Of a DNA stretch of 64,000 nt, positions 40,444-51,264 are shown piece after piece. This DNA is from Candidatus Bathyarchaeia archaeon. GTDB taxonomy: Archaea > Thermoproteota > Bathyarchaeia > Bathyarchaeales > Bathycorpusculaceae. A model generated the notes under the pieces. The model made no database searches. It saw nothing but the letters and a program-made list of their open reading frames with translations, and was not told where the DNA came from. Location of the stretch: NCBI GenBank assembly GCA_049515895.1, contig JBEKTQ010000009.1, positions 1 through 64,000 on the forward strand, given 5' to 3'. Positions within the stretch are counted from its first letter, which is position 1. Each line of letters opens with the position of its first letter. Both the position numbers and the translations under genes were made by a program.

Positions 40444-41544
40444 TTGATGAAGACAGAATTGGCAGACCTAATCAAGGAACTGAAGTCTATGAAGAACTTG
40501 AACAACTTTGATGAAGCTGCCACTAAACAATTTATTATTTTAAGAGTTCTGGACAACTTAGGGTGGAATATATACGATATCAATGAAGTCAGACCTGAAT
40601 ATCCAGTTGACCCCAAGAATACAAAAGAGAAAGTTGATTACGCGTTAGCTCAGAATACTGATAGCATGGTTTTTGTTGAGGCAAAGGCTGTCGGTGCAGA
40701 CTTAGAAACGGAGCAAAAGCAATTTCTTAACTATTGCTTTTCGAACAACGTATCCTTGGGAGTTTTGACTAATGGCTTATCATGGTGGCTTTATTTGCCT
40801 AGAGAAAAGGGAAGCTGGTATGAACGAAAGTTCTATTCCGTAGACCTTATTCAGCAAGATGTAAACACTATTGTCTCAAATTTTGAAGACTTTTTGTCTA
40901 AACAAAACATTTCTAATGGAAAGGCTTTGGAGAGTGCTAAGAAGACTCTTGAGTCCAAACAGAAAGACCAGAAAATTAAAACTGTTTTACCCCAAGCATG
41001 GAATACTCTGATTACTTCTGAAGACGAGTCTTTTGTAGAAGCTCTTAACAAAATGGTAGAAAAAATAAGCGGTTATCGCGCGCAGGATGAAGTGATATCA
41101 GAATTTTGGGAACAAAATATTTCGAAGCTGCTTCTTAATGGTGAATTATCTGTACGGGCAACTGGATCAAAAATATCACAAAGGCAAAATGGGGAAGAAG
41201 AGACAGCAAAATATGTTAGAAAAGGCTTTACTGGAAAAGTGATTACCGCCTTTACATTTAATAAAGAAAGACATCCAACCAAATCTTGGAAAGAACTAAT
41301 GCTTATTGTTTATGAAGAGGTGAGAAAATCACATTCGCAGGACTTTGACAAAGTTCTGTCTTTGAAGGGTAGAAAACGACCCTATTTTACCAAGAACTAT
41401 GACGAATTAAGAAACCCCGAAAAAATTAAGGGAACAGACATATTTGTTGAAACTAATCTGAGCTCAAATGCTATAGTCAAACTATGTGAAGAAGTTTTGA
41501 GCTTGTTTGGATACAAAGGCGGTCTGAAAATTGAAACTGATTAG
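40444..41544 (+). CDS. HsdR N-terminal-like nuclease domain fused to a SeqA-like C-terminal domain
   Basis: EAATK..I..L.LGW, EY, KVDYAL, VEAK, GVLTNG; C-terminal GRKRPYF...FVETNLS. Confidence 0.8.
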   Translation: MMKTELADLIKELKSMKNLNNFDEAATKQFIILRVLDNLGWNIYDINEVRPEYPVDPKNTKEKVDYALAQNTDSMVFVEAKAVGADLETEQKQFLNYCFSNNVSLGVLTNGLSWWLYLPREKGSWYERKFYSVDLIQQDVNTIVSNFEDFLSKQNISNGKALESAKKTLESKQKDQKIKTVLPQAWNTLITSEDESFVEALNKMVEKISGYRAQDEVISEFWEQNISKLLLNGELSVRATGSKISQRQNGEEETAKYVRKGFTGKVITAFTFNKERHPTKSWKELMLIVYEEVRKSHSQDFDKVLSLKGRKRPYFTKNYDELRNPEKIKGTDIFVETNLSSNAIVKLCEEVLSLFGYKGGLKIETD

Positions 41545-41848
41545 ACCGCTAATTTAGGCATCTAAAGCTGGAAATAATCGAAGCCTTGTGTCTATTTCTC
41601 GAAAAGTGTTGACTTGAGGTTATAACAGCAAGTTATTTTGACAATTGGTTGAACCAAAACAATCTAGTTACATAAGTGTCTCTGATACTGTAAAAGACGC
41701 TGTTAGAGAACTTCTTAGAAAGAACAAATTGCTAACTTAGTTTAAAATGGACACACTCAATTGAAAAAATATTTCCTTATACCAAATTTGCGACGCGAAA
41801 TTATACAAAACCTTAATTGTTTTTGGGGTATAATCTCATTTTAGAATA

Positions 41849-42723
41849 GTGAATCGAAGAATGAGCATAGATAAAGTAAGAACTAATGCTGTTGCTTTCT
41901 TTACTGAGGCAATTGTTAAATGGAATGAATTGATTGGTTTGTTCAACATAATAAATAAAAGAAGTTTAGTTCCTAGCTATATCATAAAACAAGCAAACGA
42001 CATCCTTGTGTGGTTTCAGGATAATTACGTCGGTCGAAGAAAATTTTCTAGTTTCAGCATAATTACGAATCTTGGTAATGGAAACCAAATAACGGAAGAC
42101 CCCATTTTCAATGTCATTTACGGTGGCGCTAACATAATGAACATAGTGAACGAACAAGAGCGCTACCTTCAGGACCTGAACGCGGGTTGTGCCGCTTTAA
42201 GGGGCATCTTGCATCTGTCAAAGAACTTGAAAATGTCCCCAAGATAAACCCAGAAACAGAAGCACTCTTGCGAATTAGGAAAGTACTTTCAAGGTTCAAT
42301 ATAGTTGTTGACCAGTTCAAACGAGTAAGAAAAGACAAGTGTCCATTTGAAGTTCAGGACGAATACGACATCCAGAATTTACTTCATGCCATTTTAAGAA
42401 TAGATTTCAACGATGTAAGAAAAGAAGATGTTGCGCCAATTTGCGCAGGTTCTTCTTCAAGAATAGATTTAGTATTGAAGCAAGAAAGAATTCTTGTAGA
42501 AATCAAAAAAACTAGCTCAAGAATTCGAGAGAAAGAACTGGGTAATCAACTAATAGAGGATATTACTAGATACAAAGACTATCCTGATGCAAATATTTTA
42601 GTTTGTTTTATTTTTGACCCTGAGCACTGGATAGAAAATCCGGAAGGATTGAGACATGATCTAGAAAAACAATCGAGTCAAAGCCTAACGGTGGAAGTAA
42701 TAATTTGCCCAAATAACCTATAA
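41849..42723 (+). pseudogene. frameshifted gene with C-terminal DpnII/MboI-like PD-(D/E)XK domain
   Basis: Overlapping ORFs 41849-42247 and 42187-42723 join if one base is added near 42210 (GIL|ASVKEL); EYDIQNLL, SSRIDL, VEIK. Confidence 0.7.
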
Positions 42724-42932
42724 TTCTTATGGGATTTAGCTTATTTTCGGAAAATAAGAAAAAGTAATATAATTTATTTAACCTACAAGTTTAACTTACT
42801 CTACTGAAAACAAGATAAGAAGGGCATAACAAGAAATTTTGTAACCATGTCGGCGGAAACCGTCATTTAAGTATACTTTCTTACCAATTCTAAATAGCAA
42901 ACGCGTCAAATTCAACCACTGATTTTCCAAGT

Positions 42933-43010
42933 TTAAGGTTCGTTTTCAGGATTGTCTTCTTCGCTATCATCGTCGTCGAAGGGATCATAAGGCTCTTCTT
43001 CTGTTCTCAA
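42933..43010 (-). CDS. putative acidic microprotein (25 aa)
   Basis: TTG start, MRTEEEPYDPFDDDDSEEDNPENEP*, GGAGGT 9 nt upstream, directly after the nuclease gene. Confidence 0.45.
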   Translation of the reverse strand: MRTEEEPYDPFDDDDSEEDNPENEP

Positions 43011-43038
43011 ATAATTTGACCTCCGTAATCCTTAATTT

Positions 43039-43488
43039 TTATTCACTCTTTGTGTTTTTGAGAAAATCTTCAAATTTTTCCTGTTCACCAAGACAATTAT
43101 AGAAAGCGTGCTCCAAGTATTTTCTCGTCCGCGGAACCAGCGATGCTCTCTCTCTATCAGCCCACCAAACATACTCAATGTTATGAGTTTTCAATATGTC
43201 TTGTCTGGTTTTATTTTTAAGTAGGGCGCACTTAAGCGCAACTTCGCACATCGAACATTTGTCATTACATTTCCTGGGCACAGGCGTTAGTCCACAAGCT
43301 TTGCATTCAATAGCGACTTTAGCTTTAGGCACGTAGAAATCGATTACAGCATGAGGAAGAAATGGAAATCTAACCTGCTTTTGTATTTCCCAATTGGGAA
43401 ACACTTTTTTCAAGATTTGAAATGTAATTTCTTCCCACGCATCACCACTTACTTTTGGGGACTTGTTTGAATAATGAGGACCGTACAT
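43039..43488 (-). CDS. PD-(D/E)XK nuclease with Cys cluster
   Basis: GDAWEE, IDFYVP, VAIECK; CNDKCSMC...C. Confidence 0.75.
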   Translation of the reverse strand: MYGPHYSNKSPKVSGDAWEEITFQILKKVFPNWEIQKQVRFPFLPHAVIDFYVPKAKVAIECKACGLTPVPRKCNDKCSMCEVALKCALLKNKTRQDILKTHNIEYVWWADRERASLVPRTRKYLEHAFYNCLGEQEKFEDFLKNTKSE

Positions 43489-43529
43489 TTCACGCTAACC
43501 TCGTCTCAGAACAATCTTATTTTAGTGAG

Positions 43530-44816
43530 TTATTCTTTGTCTGTTATTTCTCGTCTAATACAATAGGTAATTTCTTTTATGTAAATTTTCAGCTTTGCCA
43601 AGTCATGAGGAGAAACATGCAGCCCTCTATGGACAATGTCGTTTCTTATCGGACTTGCCTCTCTCAGTTTAACCAGTATTCCTTGCCGGTCAGGAAAATA
43701 CTCTTTGAAAACCTGTTTCCAGTTGTCCCTTTTTTCGATAATAGCAGCATAATCAGAGAAATCCGCGTAAAATATTGGATCAAGGTTTTCAATGTCCGTT
43801 AAAGCTCTTTTTTCGCGGATTTCTTTTTTAACTTGGCAGCGTTCTACTACATCTGGTGGAACTTGTAGTTTCCACCAATCATGCCCAAACATTTTTTCCA
43901 TTACTCTGCTTATAAAAAGCCTAAAGTTCTCTTCAAAGCCCGTGATCTCGCAATAGCCCTCGGTTGGAATCAACGACACCAGATTTCGGTCAGATGCATA
44001 TTTTTCAAATTTGGCTTTTACTTCACTAACTATATCAAGGTTGCTTATCGCAATTTCGAGTGATGGGTCTAACTGAATTGCTTTATTGAATTCCTTTTCC
44101 GCCAATTCAGGTTGATGGGTGTTTGCATATGCGGCGCCCAAGTTGTTATGAGACGCAGCCGAGTCCGGATCTAACTCAACCCATTCTAAATACTCGTCTC
44201 TTGCATTAATCCAAAGTCCGTTCTCAAAGAATATGTCGCCCAAGTTGGAGTGAAACAGCCAATTGTTTGGTTCAAGCTTTATAGCCTCTTTGAGCTCGCC
44301 AATGGCTTTTTCCTTTAGTCCGAGCTTTAGATGGATAAGTCCAAGTAAATTGCGGGCGAAAGCTGTAACTTTTATTTTCTTTGATTTCTCGAGGTACTCT
44401 TTTGCTTTTTTGGTGAAGCCTTTGTCAAATAGCGCTTTGCCCATGTTCGTAAGTAAAACATAGTCGTTTGGGTTGCGTTTTAATCCTTTCTCAAAATATT
44501 TGATAGCATTTGTGAAGTCGCCTTTTTCACTATAAAGTGTTCCGAGACGCTCGTATGCGATTTCATCTTTGGGCGCAGCTCTGATAGCTTTTCTGTAGTA
44601 TTTTTCAGCTTTGCCTGTCAATCCCTTTTCATGATACGCCTGGCCTAAATTTGTGTAAATGTATGCGTCCCTAAATCCTAAAAAGACAAGCTGTTCAAAA
44701 ATAATAATTGCTTCGTCAAGCATCCTTTTTTCTGCAAGTTCCGCGCCAACCTTTAACAGTTTTTTGCAAGCTATTGGAATTGCCAGATCAATTGGCACGT
44801 CTCGCCGATTTACCAT
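43530..44816 (-). CDS. TPR-repeat protein with C-terminal Swt1-like HEPN domain
   Basis: About 7 TPRs (YTNLGQAY, HNNLGAAY); FEENFRLFI, YADFSDY, IRNDIVH (RX4H). Confidence 0.85.
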   Translation of the reverse strand: MVNRRDVPIDLAIPIACKKLLKVGAELAEKRMLDEAIIIFEQLVFLGFRDAYIYTNLGQAYHEKGLTGKAEKYYRKAIRAAPKDEIAYERLGTLYSEKGDFTNAIKYFEKGLKRNPNDYVLLTNMGKALFDKGFTKKAKEYLEKSKKIKVTAFARNLLGLIHLKLGLKEKAIGELKEAIKLEPNNWLFHSNLGDIFFENGLWINARDEYLEWVELDPDSAASHNNLGAAYANTHQPELAEKEFNKAIQLDPSLEIAISNLDIVSEVKAKFEKYASDRNLVSLIPTEGYCEITGFEENFRLFISRVMEKMFGHDWWKLQVPPDVVERCQVKKEIREKRALTDIENLDPIFYADFSDYAAIIEKRDNWKQVFKEYFPDRQGILVKLREASPIRNDIVHRGLHVSPHDLAKLKIYIKEITYCIRREITDKE

Positions 44817-45018
44817 TTACCCTGATTCTTCCTATATTGAAGAAACGCCCTTATATCAATAAAAGCTTGCTCATCAAAGCGCGCCGAAAAATTGAGGTTT
44901 AGGCTCAAAGGTTATTCTTCTAGCCTGATGACAGCCTTGAAGCAATCTTACCACGCGCGGCAAATCTAAGGTTTTGCAGTTCTTGTTCCTGAAAATATTA
45001 TAAGCGATTCATTATATA

Positions 45019-47001
45019 GTGAAACACATGGCAAAATGTGACCGTTGTGAAGCAGAAGCAACACTTCCTTTTGAGTGCCGCTTTTGCGGTGGTCACTTCT
45101 GTATGTCACATAGACTTCCAGAAAATCATCTTTGCCCTAATCCTCCTGGGAGTTCACCATTTGGTTCTTATGAGTCAAAGAAAAATATTATCGCCCCAAG
45201 TCAACAAAATGCAGCCCCAATCGAATCAGAAGCTGATTTGCCTTTCAAAAAGAAACCACCATATTCACATAATCCCAAAAAGCGGAAATCATTTCCATAT
45301 AGGAAAATGATTGGCGCATCATTTTTAATAATAGTAATAATTATTTCAATTGTTGCTGCATTGGATTGGAGCAAGATATTAATTCTTCCCATAGGTTTTC
45401 AGTCGTCATCGAATCCTTCAGTGACCCCTCAACCATCTAAAGAGGGCAAAACCGCTTCAGATTACAGTCAGTCTGTTTTAACTATGAGCCCTCAGGGGAT
45501 CACTATTACAAAGGATACCAGTTTTACACCTATTATCAACGTGGAATATGAGATCTTTGCAGACGGGCTACCTTTTGACCTAAATTCGATCCCAGACCCA
45601 AACGTAATTATTAACAGGCTAGATTGGAACGACTTCTCCATTACTCTTAATGGCAGTCCAATTCAGTTTGAACATAACGAATATTCCGCGTTGGTTTCGT
45701 GCGATCTCAGTTCCGTGATAAACGATGCTGGTTCATCTCCTTTGAATATCATAGTCCGATATCGAGACAGCAGTATCTCCAAAGAACTTGTGACCACACG
45801 AAGCAGCTTCACAATATCTGACATAGACAATTACTGGAATAGCAGCACCATAACAATCGGAGCACAAGGGTCAGCGTATTCATCAATGCAACAAGTTTTT
45901 GACCAATATGCAACCGTAATTTCAGGCTTCGTATTACTCCAAGATCACATTGGCGCGCTAAAAAATGACTTTACTTCACTTGACAACTGGTATTCTTGGC
46001 TGTACACCCTGCGAGAATCAACCTCACCCGAGGCAGCATGGACTTCGTTCCAGCAATATGTAAAATCAAACGGCGTAGAAGACCTAGTTGATAAGACATG
46101 GACCGAAATAAATGCCCTTATCAAAGCAATTCCTCAATTGGAAAACATCACTGAGAATTATCCGGATGTTCTAAGCCAAGCGCTTGTAAATGTAGCTTTG
46201 CAGTCTGTATCTTCACCTTATGCTTTGTTGTCTACGCTTAATACCTTAGAATCTAGTTCAAGTGGAAGCGACATAGAAAGCGCCGTTAATACAGCAACAA
46301 CAGTTCTTCAGGCAGTTTATGTTCAGCTCGCCTCCGACTTTTTCGGATGGGTAAAGAGCGCGTCACCATTCAGTTACGAAAGCGATGTAGCAAATGCTGC
46401 TCAGTTTTATATGGATAATTTAAATGACATCCGAAGTCTGAAAGGCTTTTACGGAGTGTCTTTTGGTCCAATAATAGAAACTAACGAACAATTCCAGAAT
46501 GTGGGGCAAAGAGGAGTAGCTTGGTGGCCTACAATCTACAGTGAGGTAATCATAGGATCAATGTCTGACGAGATGCCTTACTGCGCTTCACCTCAAGCTC
46601 CTACTGCCTTTCCGATGACCGAGGTTCACTGGATCTACAACTTGGGGCCGAACTCGGGAACAACACAAGTCTTTACGGTTTACTTAGCCACAGAAAGTAT
46701 AGTCCAGAATTATTTAACCGCAAATGGTTTTGTTGTCAGCAACTTACCCCCAACTGCGTCGGAAAATGCAAGCTTTGGACAGGAACGCTTAATTTCAAAG
46801 TATTTTCTTCAACAACTAAATGAAAATGGAAATTGTTACATCGAAAACTCAAAACTTTCACAAGACATAATTAAACTATCGAACTTCTTCCATGACTTTA
46901 ACTCAATTTCAAACGGAATTGGGGTAGCAAGAGAATACGGTTCACCGGAAAACCTGCTGGCAGAATTAGACCAAAACACAGTTCAAATTAACCTTAGTTA
47001 A
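45019..47001 (+). CDS. AN1-type zinc finger, TM helix and large ectodomain
   Basis: CDRC...PFECRFCGGHFCMSHRLPENHLC; TM IIVIIISIVAAL. Confidence 0.82.
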   Translation: MKHMAKCDRCEAEATLPFECRFCGGHFCMSHRLPENHLCPNPPGSSPFGSYESKKNIIAPSQQNAAPIESEADLPFKKKPPYSHNPKKRKSFPYRKMIGASFLIIVIIISIVAALDWSKILILPIGFQSSSNPSVTPQPSKEGKTASDYSQSVLTMSPQGITITKDTSFTPIINVEYEIFADGLPFDLNSIPDPNVIINRLDWNDFSITLNGSPIQFEHNEYSALVSCDLSSVINDAGSSPLNIIVRYRDSSISKELVTTRSSFTISDIDNYWNSSTITIGAQGSAYSSMQQVFDQYATVISGFVLLQDHIGALKNDFTSLDNWYSWLYTLRESTSPEAAWTSFQQYVKSNGVEDLVDKTWTEINALIKAIPQLENITENYPDVLSQALVNVALQSVSSPYALLSTLNTLESSSSGSDIESAVNTATTVLQAVYVQLASDFFGWVKSASPFSYESDVANAAQFYMDNLNDIRSLKGFYGVSFGPIIETNEQFQNVGQRGVAWWPTIYSEVIIGSMSDEMPYCASPQAPTAFPMTEVHWIYNLGPNSGTTQVFTVYLATESIVQNYLTANGFVVSNLPPTASENASFGQERLISKYFLQQLNENGNCYIENSKLSQDIIKLSNFFHDFNSISNGIGVAREYGSPENLLAELDQNTVQINLS

Positions 47002-47090
47002 AACAATAGCGCACGCACAAGTGACCTGTCGGTCAGGAACGCTCACTAACGTGCTAATGTGAATCATGTTCACCTTTTCGTTTATGAAGA

Positions 47091-47144
47091 TTTAAACTAA
47101 AATTTGTAAACCCGTATTTTTTCCTACTAAACGTGAATGTAAAC
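47091..47144. repeat. 54-bp direct repeat, copy 1 (copy 2 at 54801-54854; partial copy 51665-51689)
   Basis: TTTAAACTAAAATTTGTAAACCCGTATTTTTTCC(T/C)ACTAAAC(G/T)TGAATGTAAAC, 2 mismatches. Confidence 0.85.
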
Positions 47145-47335
47145 TAACCCTCATCGCTTAGTTCGATTTACAAATTAAGGCTTGATTATTGGTTATTTAT
47201 GTAAATAGTTCCCAAAAGATAGCCTTCGTCTTTATTTTTTTAATTTTTAAAATGAGTCAAAACAAGTCTTAAACCTGCTTAGCATATAACAGCCTAATAT
47301 CACAAAACATTAGGGGAAGTTGAACGTATTATCGG

Positions 47336-48775
47336 TTGGTACTTATGAAGAGAACAGCGTTAGCACTAGCATTCATCTTTGCCTTCCTAGCATCCACTAT
47401 GATTGTAGTTACTACTGAACATTTTGGATCAGCTCAAAGCGGCACAAACGTAAGCTACATAATCAGCACAGATACCACTTGGACTCAAGGAAACAGTCCA
47501 TACAATTTTACAGGAAATGTACTTATCCCCACTGGAGTTACCTTAACAATAGGCAATGGTGCCACCATTGACCTCAACAACTATTACCTAGAAGTTAATG
47601 GCACATTAATTATTCAACCAGGAGCAACCATTAACATTGGGCTCATAGGAGATGGCATAGATGTTTATGGCACTATGTCCGCTGAAGGCACAAGCGCAAA
47701 TCCAATTCAAATAATTGGCAGCGTGCAGGGTCACATTATTATTGCCTTCTATTCCGCTGTTACCTTCTTTCCCTCAAGTATTAGCTGGAACCCAGTGACA
47801 AACTCCGGCTCTCTTATAGAAAACACCATTTTTAACCAGACAGGATTGGAAGTGCAAAGCGGAACAAGAATTATCAACAGCACGTTCCTAAGTGGAGGAT
47901 TAACGGTAGAAAGCGCCTCACCCACAATCGTAAACAATGACATTGCAACTGGTCTGAGCGTTATTCAAAACCCTAACATCCCAACCAACGCCACTGCAAT
48001 ACAGCCTGAAATTTCAAATAATACCATTGGAGGCGGTCTCTATGTCAGCGCTGGAGGCGGCATTGTCGACGATAATGTCATTTCTGGCCTAAATGTAAAC
48101 GATGAATATGGAGCCCCTGTGTCAACTTTAATCATCCGTAACCTGATAACCAGCGCTACAACGGGAATTTCTTGCAGCATACAAAGCGCCTACAACAATA
48201 AAGCAACTATCGAGAACAATACAGTCACAAATAATACGGTAGGAGTTCAGATAGGAAGCACAAACGTGCCATCCATAATTAACAATAACATTTATGGAAA
48301 TTCATACAACGCAAAACTCTCTGGAGTATCCTCACAAATTAGTTTACCAAATAATTGGTGGGGAACAACCGATGTTCAAGCAATCAACCAAACAATGTAC
48401 GACTTCAAATACGACTTCACCCTTGGCATAATAAACTTCTTACCCATTTTAACCACCTCAAATCCCCAAGCCCTACCTAACCCAACTGCACCAACAACAA
48501 CTCCAACAACTTCACCTACTCCAACTCCAACAACTTCACCTACTCCAACTCCAACAACTTCACCTACTCCAACTACAACAGCAACCGCAACACCAACACC
48601 TCTCCAGACAGTAACTTCATCCCCAACATCAACCTCAAGCCCAAGTTCTACACAATCCCCAACTTCAACCCCAACCGCTCCAGAGTTTCCAACTTTGGCA
48701 ATTTTGCCGCTTTTCACAGTGATTATACTGCTATCAATCGTATTTGTAAGGAAGAGAATACCAAAAAATCGATGA
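47336..48775 (+). CDS. cell-surface parallel beta-helix protein with Thr/Pro linker and PEF-CTERM sorting signal
   Basis: Signal peptide, DTTWT...SPY, PbH1-like repeats, NNWWG, (TTSPTPTP)n, PEFP followed by TM and RKR. Confidence 0.88.
   Translation: MVLMKRTALALAFIFAFLASTMIVVTTEHFGSAQSGTNVSYIISTDTTWTQGNSPYNFTGNVLIPTGVTLTIGNGATIDLNNYYLEVNGTLIIQPGATINIGLIGDGIDVYGTMSAEGTSANPIQIIGSVQGHIIIAFYSAVTFFPSSISWNPVTNSGSLIENTIFNQTGLEVQSGTRIINSTFLSGGLTVESASPTIVNNDIATGLSVIQNPNIPTNATAIQPEISNNTIGGGLYVSAGGGIVDDNVISGLNVNDEYGAPVSTLIIRNLITSATTGISCSIQSAYNNKATIENNTVTNNTVGVQIGSTNVPSIINNNIYGNSYNAKLSGVSSQISLPNNWWGTTDVQAINQTMYDFKYDFTLGIINFLPILTTSNPQALPNPTAPTTTPTTSPTPTPTTSPTPTPTTSPTPTTTATATPTPLQTVTSSPTSTSSPSSTQSPTSTPTAPEFPTLAILPLFTVIILLSIVFVRKRIPKNR
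48503..48574 (+). repeat. 3 x 24-bp coding tandem repeat (PTTSPTPT)
   Basis: ccaacaacttcacctactccaact three times. Confidence 0.9.
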
Positions 48776-48992
48776 TCCTCAAGGCTTTTGTGGCAAGTTC
48801 ATGGATTTTGATGTGAGCCCAATTGAAGTGGATATTTTTAAGTAGCAAAAATCGCAAAGCAAACAACAGACGTTGCCACGACCGATCTTTCCAATAAAAT
48901 ACCCAATTTATCAGTAAAATAACGCTAAGAATGAACAGTTTCAAAAGACTTAAATTAAAACTGTATCTATTCAGAATTAACGAGGGTTAGCG

Positions 48993-49388
48993 ATGAAAAC
49001 AGAAACTATTGTTGTGAATCTAAGACCTATCGACCCTGACAAGCTGGAAATAATAAAGGTACCTGAAACTAAAGAAACATTCAAGTTTAATTTATTATTA
49101 GACGCAGTGCCTGATTCTGTTTGGAAGGATTTCTTTAATGATGAATTACGGAAAAAACCGATACCGTTAGATTCCCAAATCGATTTTGGAGGAATGAGCA
49201 TTTATATAGTCAGCACACCCAGCAAAATCAATGATATAATTGAGTTGGTAAAAAAGCTCGTGAATTCCACTAACGAGCACGTACAGCAGCACAACAAGAG
49301 ATTGGCGGAAGGAAACGAGATTGAGAGAAAAATGAATACGGATGACGGAGAAAAAATCAAACGGATGCGTGAAGCATTAAAGAAATAG
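48993..49388 (+). CDS. hypothetical protein
   Basis: 131-aa ORF with GAGGG SD-like sequence. Confidence 0.65.
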   Translation: MKTETIVVNLRPIDPDKLEIIKVPETKETFKFNLLLDAVPDSVWKDFFNDELRKKPIPLDSQIDFGGMSIYIVSTPSKINDIIELVKKLVNSTNEHVQQHNKRLAEGNEIERKMNTDDGEKIKRMREALKK

Positions 49389-49466
49389 AACAGATTTCTG
49401 ACAGCCAAATCAGCCAAAAAGTCTTAAATCTACAAGTTACAGAATAAAATTATTCAGGGTTTTGTA

Positions 49467-49814
49467 TTGGATACACAAGGAGTTGCTGTCGCTTTAGAAA
49501 AGACTTACGTGCTTGTTGTACGAGTGGTTAATTTTCAAAGAAATATACCAATCAAGAATGTTAACGTTAAAGTTTTCAGATTGGAAAAGGCACCAATAGC
49601 GCTCCAACAATGGGCTGAAAATCTCAAAAATGGAGTTCCATTTAAAAAGTTGATGCTCTCGATGAATACCGATAATGATGGTAACGTAACTGCTGAACTT
49701 GCAGAGGGCTCTTATGAAGTGAAAGTCGAAAAATACGGTTTAATTAATCCTTTTGAATTAACGCAAAATGACAGAGTTCTCTTTATTGAACCGAAAAAGC
49801 ATTGGTGGCAATAA
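49467..49814 (+). CDS. hypothetical protein, carboxypeptidase-regulatory-like (Ig) fold
   Basis: PIKNVNVKV...TDNDGNVTAELAEGSYEVKVEKYG. Confidence 0.65.
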   Translation: MDTQGVAVALEKTYVLVVRVVNFQRNIPIKNVNVKVFRLEKAPIALQQWAENLKNGVPFKKLMLSMNTDNDGNVTAELAEGSYEVKVEKYGLINPFELTQNDRVLFIEPKKHWWQ

Positions 49815-49860
49815 GTCTTAAATCTGTGTAGCGTAGGATAGAAGAACTGATACTATTAAA

Positions 49861-50193
49861 ATGCCAATAAATGAAGATGAACTAGAAAAGATTGAAGAAC
49901 CTAAATGGAAGAGAGTTCTCGCTAAGATGGAAGAGGGAAAATTCTATTCAATAACAGAAATGAGCCACATGTTAGTTGGAATCCGTCTTTTTGAGGAAGA
50001 TAGTTTTAAACAATATTTACCTGAAAAGGTTCAAGGTAAGAAGAAATTATCGTTTGAAGAGGTTATTGAACCATTGGTCGAATTCTTAAGTGATACAACG
50101 TATATAGATTCTTTCCTACAATCTCAAGTTGCAGTAGGGAATTTAATCGAAGGTTTCAAAGGCGATTTACCCTATTATGGGAAAAAAATGTAA
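49861..50193 (+). CDS. hypothetical protein, possible wHTH
   Basis: VLAKMEEGKFYSITEM; preceded by the repeated motif. Confidence 0.6.
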   Translation: MPINEDELEKIEEPKWKRVLAKMEEGKFYSITEMSHMLVGIRLFEEDSFKQYLPEKVQGKKKLSFEEVIEPLVEFLSDTTYIDSFLQSQVAVGNLIEGFKGDLPYYGKKM

Positions 50194-50301
50194 TTGAGAA
50201 CACTACGACTATTATAAGACTTTCTTACTCGCAGTATTAGCCCAGTTTTCATTGAAGATAAGTCTTAAATCTGAATAGCATAGAAAGTGAACTGACTGAT
50301 T

Positions 50302-50484
50302 ATGAAATGTCCTGCTTGCAATCAAATACTTCAACGAATAGAGGGTGTATGTGGCGAGTACTTCTGTATTAATCCTGAATGCCTTGAAAACAAGAAAATA
50401 CACATGCAGGGATATGCAGAGTTTTACGGACTAACCCAAGCAGAAATATACGAAAACTATCATAGAGCACTCGCCAAAAAATAG
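50302..50484 (+). CDS. small zinc-ribbon protein
   Basis: MKCPAC...YFCINPEC; preceded by the repeated motif. Confidence 0.65.
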   Translation: MKCPACNQILQRIEGVCGEYFCINPECLENKKIHMQGYAEFYGLTQAEIYENYHRALAKK

Positions 50485-50984
50485 GAAGGAGAAATAGCCA
50501 AACACTAAAATAAGGTAATTAAGATACAAATAAGGTTGAAAAAACAACCTGTGGAAAATTTGAATGACGATTTTTGTCCAAAGGGTCCTTATTGTGGTAG
50601 CGCTCGCCTTGAAGAAGATGAAAATATCGTTAAGTGTCTTGATTGTGGCATGGGGACGTATAAGGCAGGTAAGCATAAGGCAGGTTCCAGATAATTACAA
50701 GAAAATGGCATCGTTTTCATTGAGTTTGTTATTAATTGGCAAGGCACTACAGAGATATTTGGTTTCTTCTTCTAATTTTGATAAGTCTTAGTCTGCACAG
50801 CGTAGAAATAGCCCTATCAGCAAGACTTGTTAGACCTAATAGTATGGAGATGTGAACAAGCGAGTCAAAAAAAAATAGCGAGTAAATGGAAAAGAAGGAC
50901 TTATTATCTTAATCGTTGAGTATAATGATGTGGATAATGCTGTTCGTAAGTTTTGTGAATGTAAGAATTGTTGGGTAGAGTGAT

Positions 50985-51203
50985 ATGGAAAACTTTGAGA
51001 GATTAAGTAACAAAGTTCTCATTAGAACCTGCCCCTGTGGCGTCGTATTCAAAACGTATGACCCAAAAAAAGCGTACCATGCAAACAGTTGTAGGATAAT
51101 TTACGTTAGGAAAAGATTTAGAGCCATAGTCCAAAGAAGGAAACTAAAGCAAAAGAAGCTTGAAGAGAAAACTAACGCGGGCGCGATATGGTCTGTTGTT
51201 TAA
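50985..51203 (+). CDS. small basic Zn-binding protein
   Basis: CPCG..F...YHANSC, R/K-rich. Confidence 0.55.
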   Translation: MENFERLSNKVLIRTCPCGVVFKTYDPKKAYHANSCRIIYVRKRFRAIVQRRKLKQKKLEEKTNAGAIWSVV

Positions 51204-51264
51204 TCGCTTTATAAGGAAGGTAGTGCAGTAGAGGGCAGTTGCGATGATTAAATGGTGATGGAAA

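Noticed and set aside
48503-48574. CRISPR or diversity-generating repeat
   Set aside because: Spacer-less coding repeat of a Thr/Pro linker.
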